From: Candidatus Eiseniibacteriota bacterium
GTDB lineage: Bacteria > Eisenbacteria > RBG-16-71-46
Direction: 5' to 3'
Length of the DNA stretch: 64,000 nucleotides
NCBI GenBank assembly: GCA_963776245.1
Contig: CAVZLN010000008.1
Location: 364,721 to 428,720 of the forward strand
Shown: in pieces, positions 53,170-64,000 of the stretch
How positions within the stretch are numbered: the first letter of the stretch is position 1
How the letters are laid out: the number at the start of each line of letters is the position of its first letter
The notes under the pieces: generated by a model
The model's database searches: none
The model's input: the letters and a program-made list of their open reading frames with translations, nothing else
What the model was told of the DNA's origin: nothing
Position numbers and translations under genes: made by a program

Positions 53170-53751
53170 CTAGTCGCGCTCTCGATGCTCTCCGCGCTCC
53201 TGGGCCTCGGCGGCTTCACCCGCCGCGCCATGCGCGGTCACGGTCGCGTCCGCGCGGGTGGGAGCGATCATGGCTCGCACCCCGAACTCGTGGACCAGCC
53301 GGCCGCCCTGGTGCGCGGTGTTGGCCAGGAACAGCGTGCCGCCCGAGTAGAAGGCCAGGAAGATCAGAGTCGCGGTCACGGATACCGATCGCGCCAGCGG
53401 TCTGCGGATCACCGCCGGCGCGATCACCAGCATCGCGAACATCAGGGTGAGCGCGGTGAACACGTTGCGCGTGGTCTCCGCCATCTCTTCGTGGCGCTCG
53501 AGCACCGCCTTCGCCGCGACGACACGCTCCTCGGCCTGTTCGCCCGCGGCCTGGCCGGTCGCCACCGACACGTACGCGGCGGCCGTGCCCAGCGCCATCA
53601 CCACCAGTCCCGCGGTCGCCCACGTCCGCGCGCTCTTCACGAACAGGCTCACCGCGATGAGCAGCGGGGCCACCAGCAGGAGCGCGATCGGGAAGTGCAC
53701 GATCATCGGATGGAGCCCTTCCCAGGACGGCATCGGAGGCAGCAGGTTCAT
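53170..53751 (-). CDS. DUF2231-like membrane protein
   Basis: LHPMIVHFPIALL, TG, HEE, AHQGGRLVHEFGV; about four TM helices. Confidence 0.8.
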   Translation of the reverse strand: MNLLPPMPSWEGLHPMIVHFPIALLLVAPLLIAVSLFVKSARTWATAGLVVMALGTAAAYVSVATGQAAGEQAEERVVAAKAVLERHEEMAETTRNVFTALTLMFAMLVIAPAVIRRPLARSVSVTATLIFLAFYSGGTLFLANTAHQGGRLVHEFGVRAMIAPTRADATVTAHGAAGEAAEAQERGEHRERD

Positions 53752-53914
53752 ATCGGCTAGGCCATTCCTCTCGCGTTCGGGTGCTCAACCCCGGTGGCGC
53801 CGCCGGCCACTTCGGCGAACCTCCATGGCGCGGCGGCTTCCCCCCACCGGGAATCCGATCGCCGCTCTGCCGGACCCCCCCGGCGAGTGATGCGATCGTC
53901 GGCGGCTTGATAGG

Positions 53915-53929
53915 GCAAGCCGCGTGCCG
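53915..53929 (-). promoter_or_regulatory. sigma54 (-24/-12) promoter upstream of DUF2231 gene
   Basis: CGGCACGCGGCTTGC = GG-N10-GC with GGCAC/TTGC consensus; NtrC-type activator gene adjacent. Confidence 0.72.
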
Positions 53930-54002
53930 CGCGGGCCACCGAAGTGCATCGTTGCGAGTCAACGAGTTGGAGCGAGGAGGGGTCGCGCGTGGGGAGGCCG
54001 CT

Positions 54003-54051
54003 CGTACTAGGTTTCGTACAGGAGAGGCCGTGGCGCTCGAAACCTCGTACG
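54003..54051. promoter_or_regulatory. Inverted pair of 14-bp sites, candidate upstream activator sequence
   Basis: CGTACTAGGTTTCG (54003-54016) and CGAAACCTCGTACG (54038-54051), 13/14 inverted match. Confidence 0.55.
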
Positions 54052-54070
54052 CGCGCGGCCCGGCGGCGGG

Positions 54071-55461
<1,391 letters not shown>

Positions 55462-55477
<16 letters not shown>

Positions 55478-56799
55478 ATGTCCTTCTGATTCCGGCGCGC
55501 GCAGTCGGTGCAGCGCGGCAGCACGATCTCGAAGCGCACCCGCCCGGGCACGTTCGCGCCCAGCCGCAGCTCGCCCCCATGCGCGCGCGCGATGTTGCTG
55601 GCGATGGCGAGCCCGAGCCCGGTGCCGCCCGCGCGGGTGGTGAAGAACGGCTCGAAGATGCGCGTCAGCGCCGCCTCGGGGATGGCCGGCCCGCTGTTCT
55701 CGACCCAGAGCAGGACGCGCTCCGGCTCGCCCGCCGCCGCGCCCAGGCTCACGCGCCCGCCCTCGGGCGTGTGCTCGATGGCGTTCGTCACCAGGTTGAG
55801 CAGCGCCTGGTGCATCTGGTGCGGGTCGATCGAGCCGCACAGCCCCGCGGCATCCTCGGCCACGATCGCGACCCGCCGCTCGCCGGCGCGGGCGCGCGCC
55901 AGTTCGGCGACGTAGCCCAGCGTCTCGGCGAGCGCGGTGGGCTTGCGCTCGGGCATGCGCGTGCGCGCGTAGGCGAGGAAGTCGGTGGTCAGGCGCTCGA
56001 GCCGCGACGCCTCCGCAGTGGCGACGTCGAACATCTGACGGCGCTGGTCCTCGGGCAGCCCGGGGCGCCGCGCCGCCGCGAGCGACGAGGAGATCATCGC
56101 CACCGGGTTGCGGATCTCGTGGGCGATGGCGCTCGAGAGTCGGCCCACCGCCGCGAGCTTCTCCTCGGCCACCAGCCGGTCGCGGGTGCGCTCCAGCTCG
56201 TCGAGGCTCTTGCGCAGCCGCCCCCTCCCGCGGCGCGACGACTCGGCGAGCAGCCACACCACCACGCCGAGCACCGCGAACACGATCCAGATCACGCCGG
56301 CCTCGAACAGCTCCATGACCTGGGCGGGCGGGTGCCGATGGAACCACAGGAACACGTCGAAGAAGAGCATGCCGCCGGACACCGCCACCACGAAGAGCGT
56401 GCCCGAGAGCGAGAGGCGGAACCCCGCCGACACGATGGCCGGCACCATGAGCACGAAGTAGTGATGCTCCTCGCCCTCGCCGAAGAACGACGCCAGGAAC
56501 GCCCCCAGCACGGTGGCCCAGATCGAGACGGCCGAGTACGCCCACACCGCGCGCGCGGAAGGCAGTCGCTGCAGCCCCTGGACCCAGAACAGCCCGGAGC
56601 TCTGGAGCACGAACATGCTCGCGAGCACCGACACCAGCAACGGCTTGGGCGGGCCCAGATAGGCGATGAACGAGATGTGCATCAGGAAGAGCGCCGCGAT
56701 CACCGCCAGGTTCACGAGCGCGAGCGAGGTCTCGCGGCGGCGGTAGGGCTCGAGCTCGGGCTCGGGGTCGAGCGGACGCCCTTGGAGGAGAGTGCGCAT
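55462..56799 (-). CDS. Membrane sensor histidine kinase
   Basis: Several TM helices; AHEIRNP, NLVTNA, FEPFFTT, GTGLGL. Confidence 0.92.
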
Positions 56800-56968
56800 G
56801 AGGAGTGGAAGGCTACGCCGCGCCAAGCCGTGCCGGCAAGCATGGATGCCTGTTGCTGGCGCTGGAGGCCGCGGGCCCGGTCGGGCGGTGCTCGCCCGGT
56901 GGGCGGCGGCGCGAGCGCTGCGGTAGGCTGCGCGCGTCGATCCGCGCCCGAACCCTGGAGGTGACCGC

Positions 56969-57520
56969 ATGCACGCGTGGCACGACGTCCCCTGGGGACG
57001 CGACGTGCGCGAGCACGTCAACGTGGTGATCGAGATCCCCGAAGGCTCGAAGGTGAAGTACGAGCTCGACAAGGCCACCGGGCTGCTGCTCACCGACCGC
57101 GTGCTCTACTCCGCGGTGCGCTACCCGGCGAACTACGGGTTCATCCCCCAGACCTACTGCGACGACGGCGATCCGCTCGATGTGCTGATGCTGTGCCAGG
57201 AGCCGCTGGTGCCGCTGAGCATGGCACGCGCGCGCGCCATCGGGGTGATCCCGATGCGCGACGAGAAGGGGCAGGACGACAAGATCATCGCCGTGCACCT
57301 CGACGATCCGCAGTGGGCCGACTACCACGACATCTCGGAGATCCCGCGCCACATGCTGGCCGAGCTCAAGCGGTTCTTCCTCGACTACAAGACGCTCGAG
57401 CACAAGCAGGTCGAGATCGAAGCGCTGCGCGGCCGCGTGGACGCCGAGCGCGTGATCGACGAGGCGCTCGCCCTGTACGCCAGCAAGCGCGAGGCGCTGC
57501 GGAAGACGAGCATCCGGTAG
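56969..57520 (+). CDS. ppa: Inorganic pyrophosphatase (family I)
   Basis: EIPEGSKVKYE, YPANYGFIP, DGDPLD, DDKIIAV. Confidence 0.96.
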   Translation: MHAWHDVPWGRDVREHVNVVIEIPEGSKVKYELDKATGLLLTDRVLYSAVRYPANYGFIPQTYCDDGDPLDVLMLCQEPLVPLSMARARAIGVIPMRDEKGQDDKIIAVHLDDPQWADYHDISEIPRHMLAELKRFFLDYKTLEHKQVEIEALRGRVDAERVIDEALALYASKREALRKTSIR

Positions 57521-57592
57521 GGCGGGGGGGGCGGGCGCGGCGGCGGGAATCGGCGGGCGGCGGGGATCGGGCGGGCGGGCACCCTAGAACAC

Positions 57593-57684
57593 TGGCGGAG
57601 AGGGAGGGATTCGAACCCTCGAAGCCCCGTAAGGGGCTTAACGGTTTTCGAGACCGCCCCGTTCAACCGCTCCGGCACCTCTCC
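57593..57684 (-). tRNA. tRNA-Ser(CGA)
   Basis: GGAGAGGTGCCGGAGCGG, arm GCGGT-CTCGAAA-ACCGT, long variable arm, GCCA end. Confidence 0.95.
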
Positions 57685-57717
57685 GCGTGCGTAGATACAC
57701 GAGTTAGAGAGGTGCCG

Positions 57718-58701
57718 TCAACCTCGTGTGACCCCCGATGTGACCCCTTGCCCCTGGATTCGACGCGCCTCGGCCTGCACGTGCGCCTCGCCGAGACGAC
57801 CGTAGCGCTGCGTCGTCACGATCGGAGGCGTGGCCGAGGATCTCCTGCAGGGCGGCCAGACGTCCCCCCCGCCTCCAGCCAGCGGCACGCGAACGAGTGC
57901 CGAAACTGGTGCGCGTGGAAGCCGCGGCAATGCCGGTCCGCTTCCGGACCTGCAGCGCGAAGCCGTCCGCGTTCTGAAGCGGAAGCAGCCGACCGACCCG
58001 TCATCCGCAAGCTCCGCCAGCAGCGCCGGCGGCAGCGGCACCCGCCGGACCTTGCCGCTCTTGGTCCGGTGGACGACGAGCGACGCCACTCTGCACGTCG
58101 GTCGCTGGGCCCGGGCCGCCTCGCCCCACCGACAGGCCGGTGACACGCAGAACCCGAGCGATGAAGCCGTACGGCTCCTCGAGCGCACAGACCTGCTCAC
58201 TTCGCTGGTCCGTCAGCCGATCGTGGGGCCGCTCCTGGACCCTCGGCAGAACGCGTCGCGGAACGGGCTCGCGTCGACCAGCCCGACGTCCTCGCACCAG
58301 TTGAGCAGCAGCGAAGATCCGGACAGGATGTGCGGACCGACTGCGGCGAGAGGCCGTGCTTCTCCAGCCAAAGCGGTACGACGGATGTGGTCTCCCGGGT
58401 GAGCTTGCGCAGCAGGAAGTGCCCGAGGCAGCGGCTCGAGTAGTCCCTGACGCGCTGCGCCGCGAGCCGCTGGTCCGCTCGCCCCTCACGGTGGGTACGT
58501 AGCCCGAAAGCCACCTCCGAGAGGCTTCCTCGACGGTGACGTCGGACACGGGTTCGTCGACATCGGTTTTCAATGACGCAGCCGCTCGGCAGGCCTCCTC
58601 GTAGTCGCCCCCGAGGGCGACCCGGACGCGTCCGGCCGTTCAGCTTGTAGCGGTAGACGTACGTCTTACCGCGCTTGACCGATTCCGGATCGTTTCGGCA
58701 T
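57718..58701 (-). CDS. Tyrosine recombinase/integrase (many indels)
   Basis: Across frames: YVYRYKLNG arm-binding region, TGL..GE, TKSGKVRRVPL, HQFRHSFA, LGHA, TTQRY; AAGGAG RBS. Confidence 0.85.
57727..57747. repeat. Direct repeat TGTGACCCC x2 (12-bp period), candidate integrase arm-type sites
   Basis: Exact copies at 57727-57735 and 57739-57747, at the integrase 3' end near the tRNA. Confidence 0.55.
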
Positions 58702-58704
58702 CGG

Positions 58705-58860
58705 TTACTCCTTCCGTGCCTCCACGAACCGGAGAAGGTCCGCCGGCGGGAACACGTAGCACCCTGCCGAACCGGATGCATCGCAAGCGTCGCGGGTGAT
58801 CAACCGGCGCACGGTTTTCGGGTTGACGCCCAGGAAATCCGCAACCTCGGGCAAGGTCAT
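58705..58860 (-). CDS. Excisionase-like HTH (HTH_17) protein (indels; start may lie further upstream)
   Basis: MTLPEVADFLGVNPKTVRRLI...CIRFGRVLR...DLLRFVEARKE*. Confidence 0.72.
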   Translation of the reverse strand: MTLPEVADFLGVNPKTVRRLITRDACDASGSAGCYVFPPADLLRFVEARKE

Positions 58861-58977
58861 GAGCGCCGAGCGAGACCGAGCGGGGACCGCGTCGAGCCGG
58901 ACGACTTCGCAGGGAGTATTTGAGTGGAACTGCGGCCCGATTCGCCCTCATCTTGCCCTCCTACGTCGACCCGGTGG

Positions 58978-59165
58978 TCACGCTTCTTCCTCTTGCACGT
59001 CCACCGACTGCACGATGTCTTCGACGTGGTCGACGTTGAAGTCGTCGCGGTGCGTCTCGAGCGCGCTCTCACTAGCGCGCTCCTCGGTCTCGGCCGCGAT
59101 TCCCCGGATCTCCATCACGTGGGAGGTCTGATCGTGGCCCGCCACATCTTCTGCGCTTCACTCAT
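58978..59165 (-). CDS. Small acidic hypothetical protein (one indel)
   Basis: GGAGGAG RBS; MSEAQKMWRATIR...GIAAETEERASESALE...VQEEEA*. Confidence 0.5.
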
Positions 59166-59228
59166 CGTCTCCTCCCGTGGTAGGCTCTACCACCTGCAAG
59201 ATTCAACGGCCGGGAGGGCGCCGACCCG

Positions 59229-59651
59229 CTGACCGCAGGTTCAACCTGCAGGCTCGGCGGTCCGGAACACGCCGCCCGCTGGACTGACGCGTGACCCGCC
59301 GTGATGCCTGTGACGGTAGCCGGTCACTCGCCACCGCGTAGCACGCCCCTGCCGAGACGTCGCGAGCCAGCGTGAGCGCAGGCCGTGGTAGAGCACGAAG
59401 ACACCGAGCACCGAGCACGGCGGGTCCGAGAATCACGTGCCCTGGGGGCCAGATCCCGGCCTCGTCCAGCTGAGCGCTGACGGGGTTCGGCGTGCTCAAA
59501 GCCACTGCCAGTCCCACGAGGACCAGCAACGTCTTCGGCTGGAAGCGAGCCAGCACGACGAGCGAGTGCCACGACCAGTCCGTGAGGCACCCACGACGGG
59601 AAGCAGCGCGAGCCAAAGGAGCGCGCCCAAGATTCGTCGAGACATAGGCAT
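59229..59651 (-). CDS. Hypothetical membrane protein (indels; 3' end approximate)
   Basis: Hydrophobic runs ILGALLWLALLPVVG and LLVLVGLAVAL in adjacent frames. Confidence 0.35.
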
Positions 59652-59690
59652 GTTGGTTACGGTTAGTGAGCCAACGCTCCCGGCCATTCT

Positions 59691-59873
59691 TCAGTCCTCT
59701 TCGAGTTCGGCGGTGGCGCTGTCGATGCCGCCGTCCATGTGGACGGAGTCGTTGCCGTCGGTGACGGCCTCGAGGTCGAGCGCCTTCTCCTCGGCCTCGG
59801 CCGACTCGGCGACGATGTTGTGGTAGCGAAAGACGTCCCAGCGCCGGACAGTCACGGTGAAGATCGAGCTCAT
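59691..59873 (-). CDS. Small acidic hypothetical protein
   Basis: GGAG RBS; MSSIFTVTVRRWDVFRYHNIVAESAEAEEKALD... Confidence 0.5.
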   Translation of the reverse strand: MSSIFTVTVRRWDVFRYHNIVAESAEAEEKALDLEAVTDGNDSVHMDGGIDSATAELEED

Positions 59874-59958
59874 CACCACTCTCCAGCGGGTCCCGGGTGG
59901 CGGGCACGATCGTCGCGCCCCCCCGCGAGTCGCCGCAACAGGGCCTTGGCCGATCCGC

Positions 59959-60381
59959 TCACGATTTCGTGAAGCAGTGGTCAGCCAGTTCGGACCGCTT
60001 CCTCCTGCGCGAGTCCTGGGGCATCGACACGCCACCACTCACCCGCCGAAGACGCAGCGACGACGAGCGCCGCTTGAGCCACGACGGCGACATCGCCGTC
60101 AGGGTCAGCACCTCGAGGTGGATGCCGGCTGGCCGGCAGCCGATCCAGTGCGACAGGTCCGGAACCCAGCGGTGGGTCACGATCAGGAACTCGCGGACGT
60201 CCCGTCGCGTCGCCGGGTCCAGGCTGGCACCGCGCGGTCCACCGACGACTCGTCGATCCAGCACGCGTTCGAGTTCGACCTCGATCGCGTCGAGGAGCTC
60301 GCCGCCGAGGTCCGGCGGCGCCCTCGAGCAGCAACGAGTCGCGCTCGAGGATGCGCTCCGCCCGGATGCGAGTCGGCTCAT
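59959..60381 (-). CDS. Hypothetical protein (probably indel-damaged; end uncertain)
   Basis: GAGGAGG RBS and ATGA overlap with upstream gene; protein-like ELLDAIEVELERVLD. Confidence 0.4.
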   Translation of the reverse strand: MSRLASGRSASSSATRCCSRAPPDLGGELLDAIEVELERVLDRRVVGGPRGASLDPATRRDVREFLIVTHRWVPDLSHWIGCRPAGIHLEVLTLTAMSPSWLKRRSSSLRLRRVSGGVSMPQDSRRRKRSELADHCFTKS

Positions 60382-61317
60382 GGCCGGTCCTCCTCGCCTT
60401 GGGGCCAGGCGTACGCAGGCTGCGTACGCGCGGGTCGAGCGACACCCAGCCGTGCTCGAGAAGGCTCCCGCTCCGGAGTGCATCCCGCTGTCGTCAGCCA
60501 GACGAAGCGCTTCGCCATCTCGGCTCCATGGGCATCGTGCCCCACCTCGCACGGATCGCCTCCACGCGCGCAGCGGTCGTCGTAACTACGAGGACACGGA
60601 AGCCACGGAACCCAGCCGACCCGCCGAGACGGGACCCAAGCCCCTGGAATCCCCCGGTCACTAGCGCGCGAAGGTAGAAGCGCACGAACAGCCCGACGCC
60701 CCGCTTGGGGTCCCCCACGACCTCGGTTCCCCGGTCCACCTCGACCAGAAACAGCGCCTGTCGATCGCCCCGGCGAAGTGCGAACGCCAGGTCCGGGACA
60801 TGGACGAGCCGGTCGTGATCACCGGTCCCGAAGGACACTGACTCCGATAGAACCGCCCTGGGCTGCCGTGGTGGGCCCGACCGCCGTGCGCGCCGTGTCG
60901 GTGAGAACGCCGAGAAGTTCAACATCGCGGCGTTGCCTGGCACGGACGTTCCAGCGCCGATCCGGAAGTCGTTCACCGCAGCCATGTGCCAGAGGAAGAA
61001 CTCGCCGGGAAGCCGTCCCGGGCGCCGCCCACCGGGGCGGCATCCGGCACGGCCGGGCGCGCGCCGTGAAGCAACTCGGCACCCTTCGCGGTCAGCGTGG
61101 CACTCCCAGCGTGCGAGTGCTGAGCGCGTCGGCTGCCGGGTGACGCTGCGAACTGAGCTTGGCGACTGCTCGAGACGACGCAGGCGTCGCAGGGTCGTCT
61201 GGGGCGACGGGAAATGCAGCCGCTGCAACTGCTCGGTGGTGAGAAGGCGGTAGTCGGCCAGTGAGCGCAAGGAGCACCGTGTCGCGCTCGGTCAGTACGG
61301 GGCCCGGTCGCGGTCAC
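60378..61317 (-). CDS. Replication-relaxation (Replic_Relax) family protein (indels)
   Basis: wHTH-like LADYRLLTTEQLQRLHF...RRLRRL; HMAAVNDF; VPDLAF...FLVEVDRGTE; GTG overlaps T4CP stop. Confidence 0.75.
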
Positions 61318-62913
61318 AGCGCCTCCCCGGGATTCAGTCCATTCAGGCTGGTGGGCGGCTGGTGCGGGGCGCGGCACCTGCGCGCGGGCCGGCCGTAGCG
61401 TGCGCGCGACCGGCGCACGACTTCCTCGCGCACCGCGGCACTACCACCCGTGGGAGGCGGAAGCGTGTGAAGGCGAAAGACGCTTCGACCGATTCGGCAG
61501 ATCGCCTCGCCCACCCGCAGGCTGACGAGTTCCTGGGGCTCGACCGGAACGAGCTGCCCGTCGAACTCGCCCACCATCTCGCGCGCCAGTCGCCGAGCGT
61601 CCGAGGCGCCGACGTGAAACGCCACGACCGTCGAGACGTTGCCGAGAATCTCGCGCATGAGGTTCTCGCCGATCTGGCCGGTCTGCTGGTGCGCGAGGAT
61701 CAGCCCGAGGCCGTACTTGCGCGCGCGCGACAGGATCTTCTCGTACGAACGTCGCGGCGACGTTGCGCGAAGCACTGGAACTCATCGACGTACAGGTCAA
61801 GAACGGCCGACGCTCGTCCTGCGGTGTTCGCCCGACTCATCGCGGCGATCTGCAGCTTCGCCACGACGAGCTGGCCGAGGAGCTGCGCGTTCTGCTCGCC
61901 GAGGATGCCGTCGGAGAGGTTGAAGAGCAGGACCCTGCCGCTCGTCCATCGCCCGCCGGACGTTGAGCTGGGCGCCCGGCTGGCAGAGCAGCTTGCGCAT
62001 CGTCCTGGGCCTGCAGGAACCGGCCGAGGCGGTTGACGAGCGCCAGGTGCGCGTCCTTGGGGTACGCCGGGATAGACGTCGCGCCAGAAGTGCCGAGTGT
62101 CCTCGTCCCGGGTCTGGTCGATGATCCGCGGCGGAAGCCGTCGTCCTGCCGGTCGAGGAGGGGCTCGATGTCGAGCAGGGTCGTGTTCGGGATCGGCAGC
62201 AGCGCGTACAGCGCCTGCCGCAGGATCGTCTCCATCCGCGGCGCCGCCGTCGCGTTGTCCTCCGCCCAGCGCTGGAGGATCGCCATGAGTTCCGCGCTCT
62301 TGAGGTCGAGGTCCTCGCCCTCGTCGAGGTGCAGGGGGTTGAAGGAGACGGGGAGGTGGATGTCCGAGGGGTCCACGAAGACGACGTCGTCCCACCGCGA
62401 CTTCGGGATGAAGGGCAGCAACTCATCGGCGATCATCTCCGCCTCCGGAGCGACGACGGCGAGCCCGTGCCCCGCGGCGAGGTCCTGGAGGATCATCCGA
62501 CGCAGCGCGGTCGTCTTCCCGGTTCCCGTCCGACCGACGTAGTACATGTGCCGGGCCCTAGACGGAACGGGCAGCCTAACGGGAACCTGCTGGCCGGCGT
62601 GCTCGAGGTAGCCCAGCAAGGGACCCGTGATGGACTCGGCCCGGGCGTCCGAGTTCGGCCCTCGAAGGTCGGCCGGGCGAGATACCCTCCGAGATCCAGC
62701 CGCGGATTCGACCCCTCGCGACTTGCCCCGCCAGGTACCCGCGGGTGCGCTTGAAGTCGCTCAGCACAGCATCGCACTCACGTCGCCGGCGCGCATCGAG
62801 TCGCCGGCGGGCCAGCGCTCGCTCTTCTTGAGCCTGCCCGTGGCGCGCGTGCATTCGCGAGAGGGCGTACCCGCCCAACCCCAGCGCACCAGTCCAACCA
62901 GCCAGCCATTCAT
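61314..62913 (-). CDS. VirD4/TraD-like coupling ATPase (indels)
   Basis: N-terminal TM; RHMYYVGRTGTGKTT, FNPL, LYVDEFQ, ARKYGLGLILAHQ, ILGNV. Confidence 0.82.
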
Positions 62914-63068
62914 GACGAGCGCCTCTCCGTAGTGGGGTCGATGCCCTCGCCACCCTGTATCTCGACCCCGTACAGGGCCTGTACTTCCGGTCCGTACAGG
63001 GTGCGACGGCCGCAACTCGTGGCTCTGCCGCGAGCTCGGCATTGCGCGAAGCGCCCGACTCCCGTGCT

Positions 63069-63344
63069 TCATGGCCTTCCCCTCCGCTGAATGGTGCGTG
63101 GGGTCATCCAGTGGGCCCTCGCTGGCAGTTGCGGAGCCCTGACGACTCGGGTGTTCCGCCTCGGCAGGAGCTTCCTCACGAACTGCCATGCCTTGAAGCT
63201 CAGGTAGCTGGTGACGCCCAAGGCGAGCAGCACCGGTATCCAGGCGTGGTCACCCAGCACTGAAGCTCGGGCCGCACCGAACACAACCGCGCAGACGAGC
63301 AGTAGCCCGGCGAGTTGCTGGGCCGAGCGGACGAGCCGGTCCAT
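63069..63344 (-). CDS. Small two-TM hypothetical protein
   Basis: Two hydrophobic helices; TAATG coupling to an upstream truncated ORF. Confidence 0.5.
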   Translation of the reverse strand: MDRLVRSAQQLAGLLLVCAVVFGAARASVLGDHAWIPVLLALGVTSYLSFKAWQFVRKLLPRRNTRVVRAPQLPARAHWMTPRTIQRRGRP

Positions 63345-63468
63345 TACCGCCCCTCCCCGAAGGCGTCGCGGTACAGCTCGCGAGCCTCGCCCGGCGTGAG
63401 GCCGAGCCCCAGCGGCTGGCCGTCCCTGCGCAACTCGAAATGGACTTCACCCCACCCGTCAGGTCGAC

Positions 63469-64000
63469 TACAATACTTTTGATGTTACGCCTTTACTCCG
63501 GAAAGGTAAAAATGCCATAGGTGTCATGTTAGGAAACGGATGGTACAACCCGATGCCTATCAAACTTTTTCAGCGATTTAATTTTCGAGATGTGCTCACT
63601 ATCGGTAAGCCATCAGTAAAAGCACAACTTCGGATTACTTTTTCCCGATGGCTCATCAGAAACTATCGTGACCGATGAAAGTTGGAAAGCAGGCAATGGC
63701 CCGATACTGAAAAATAGCGTTTATCTGGGCGAACTTTATGATGCCCGTCTGGAACAAAAAAGCTGGAACGAACCTGGTTTTGATGACAGTAAATGGCAAA
63801 AAGCAGAAATTGGAAACTGGTCCAAAAGGTCAGTTCGTTGCCGGTATATTCCTCCGGTGCGTGCTACCCGAATATTGAAACCAATAAAAATGACGGAGCC
63901 AAAAAAAGTACGGGAATTTACCTGTTCGATTTTGGACAGAATTTCGCCGGAGTTCCACGCCTGAAAGTAAAAGGCACTGCGGAACAAAGGTAATCCTGCG
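63469..64000 (+). CDS. Internal fragment of GH78 alpha-L-rhamnosidase, AT-rich and foreign to the rest of the window (indels)
   Basis: YNTFDVT...NAIGVMLGNGWYN, TDESWK, YLGELYDAR, FDFGQNFAG; no start codon. Confidence 0.85.

Larger units (their letters stand above)
57685..63468 (-). mobile_element. Integrative (mobilisable/conjugative-like) element adjacent to the 5' end of tRNA-Ser(CGA); far end missing
   Basis: Co-oriented integrase, HTH excisionase, Replic_Relax and coupling-type ATPase; codon usage differs from the backbone. Confidence 0.78.

Noticed and set aside
56820..56852. Second sigma54 promoter upstream of the kinase
   Set aside because: GG-to-GC spacings are 9 and 11 nt, not the required 10
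57521..57580. G-rich run downstream of tRNA-Ser(CGA) as a G-quadruplex
   Set aside because: Low-complexity tract expected at this GC; a similar trailer follows the other tRNA-Ser

Overview
Very GC-rich bacterial chromosome segment. Three secreted proteins with FlgD-Ig-like C-terminal tails, spoVG and the gene order suggest an FCB-related candidate phylum such as Ca. Eisenbacteria; this is inference, not a database result. Most of the window is housekeeping on the minus strand: livKHMGF; rplI-DUF2232-rpsR-ssb-rpsF-pth-rplY-prs-tRNA-Gln-spoVG-ispE; ubiA-type-gmhA-rfbD-rfbA; alaS; recX-recA; thpR-cinA-ybaK-pgpA-mglA-mglB; a rearranged pga (PNAG) operon; recR-ybaB-dnaX-SRP RNA-tRNA-Ala; terC; two tRNA-Ser genes; a sigma54 two-component system with its probable target; and ppa. 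From about 57.7 kb an integrative element abuts the 5' end of tRNA-Ser(CGA). It carries a tyrosine integrase, an excisionase-like HTH, a Replic_Relax protein and a VirD4/TraD-like ATPase. At about 63468 the sequence switches abruptly to an AT-rich, mid-gene GH78 rhamnosidase fragment, most likely a chimeric join. Two blocks (about 13.8-24.2 kb and 57.7-64 kb) have many indels, including in essential genes, and are best read as sequencing error. The leading candidates for something undescribed are (1) a sigma54-driven DUF2231 unit with a structured leader and an adjacent array of about nine hairpins, and (2) the compact Replic_Relax/T4CP element at the tRNA 5' end.
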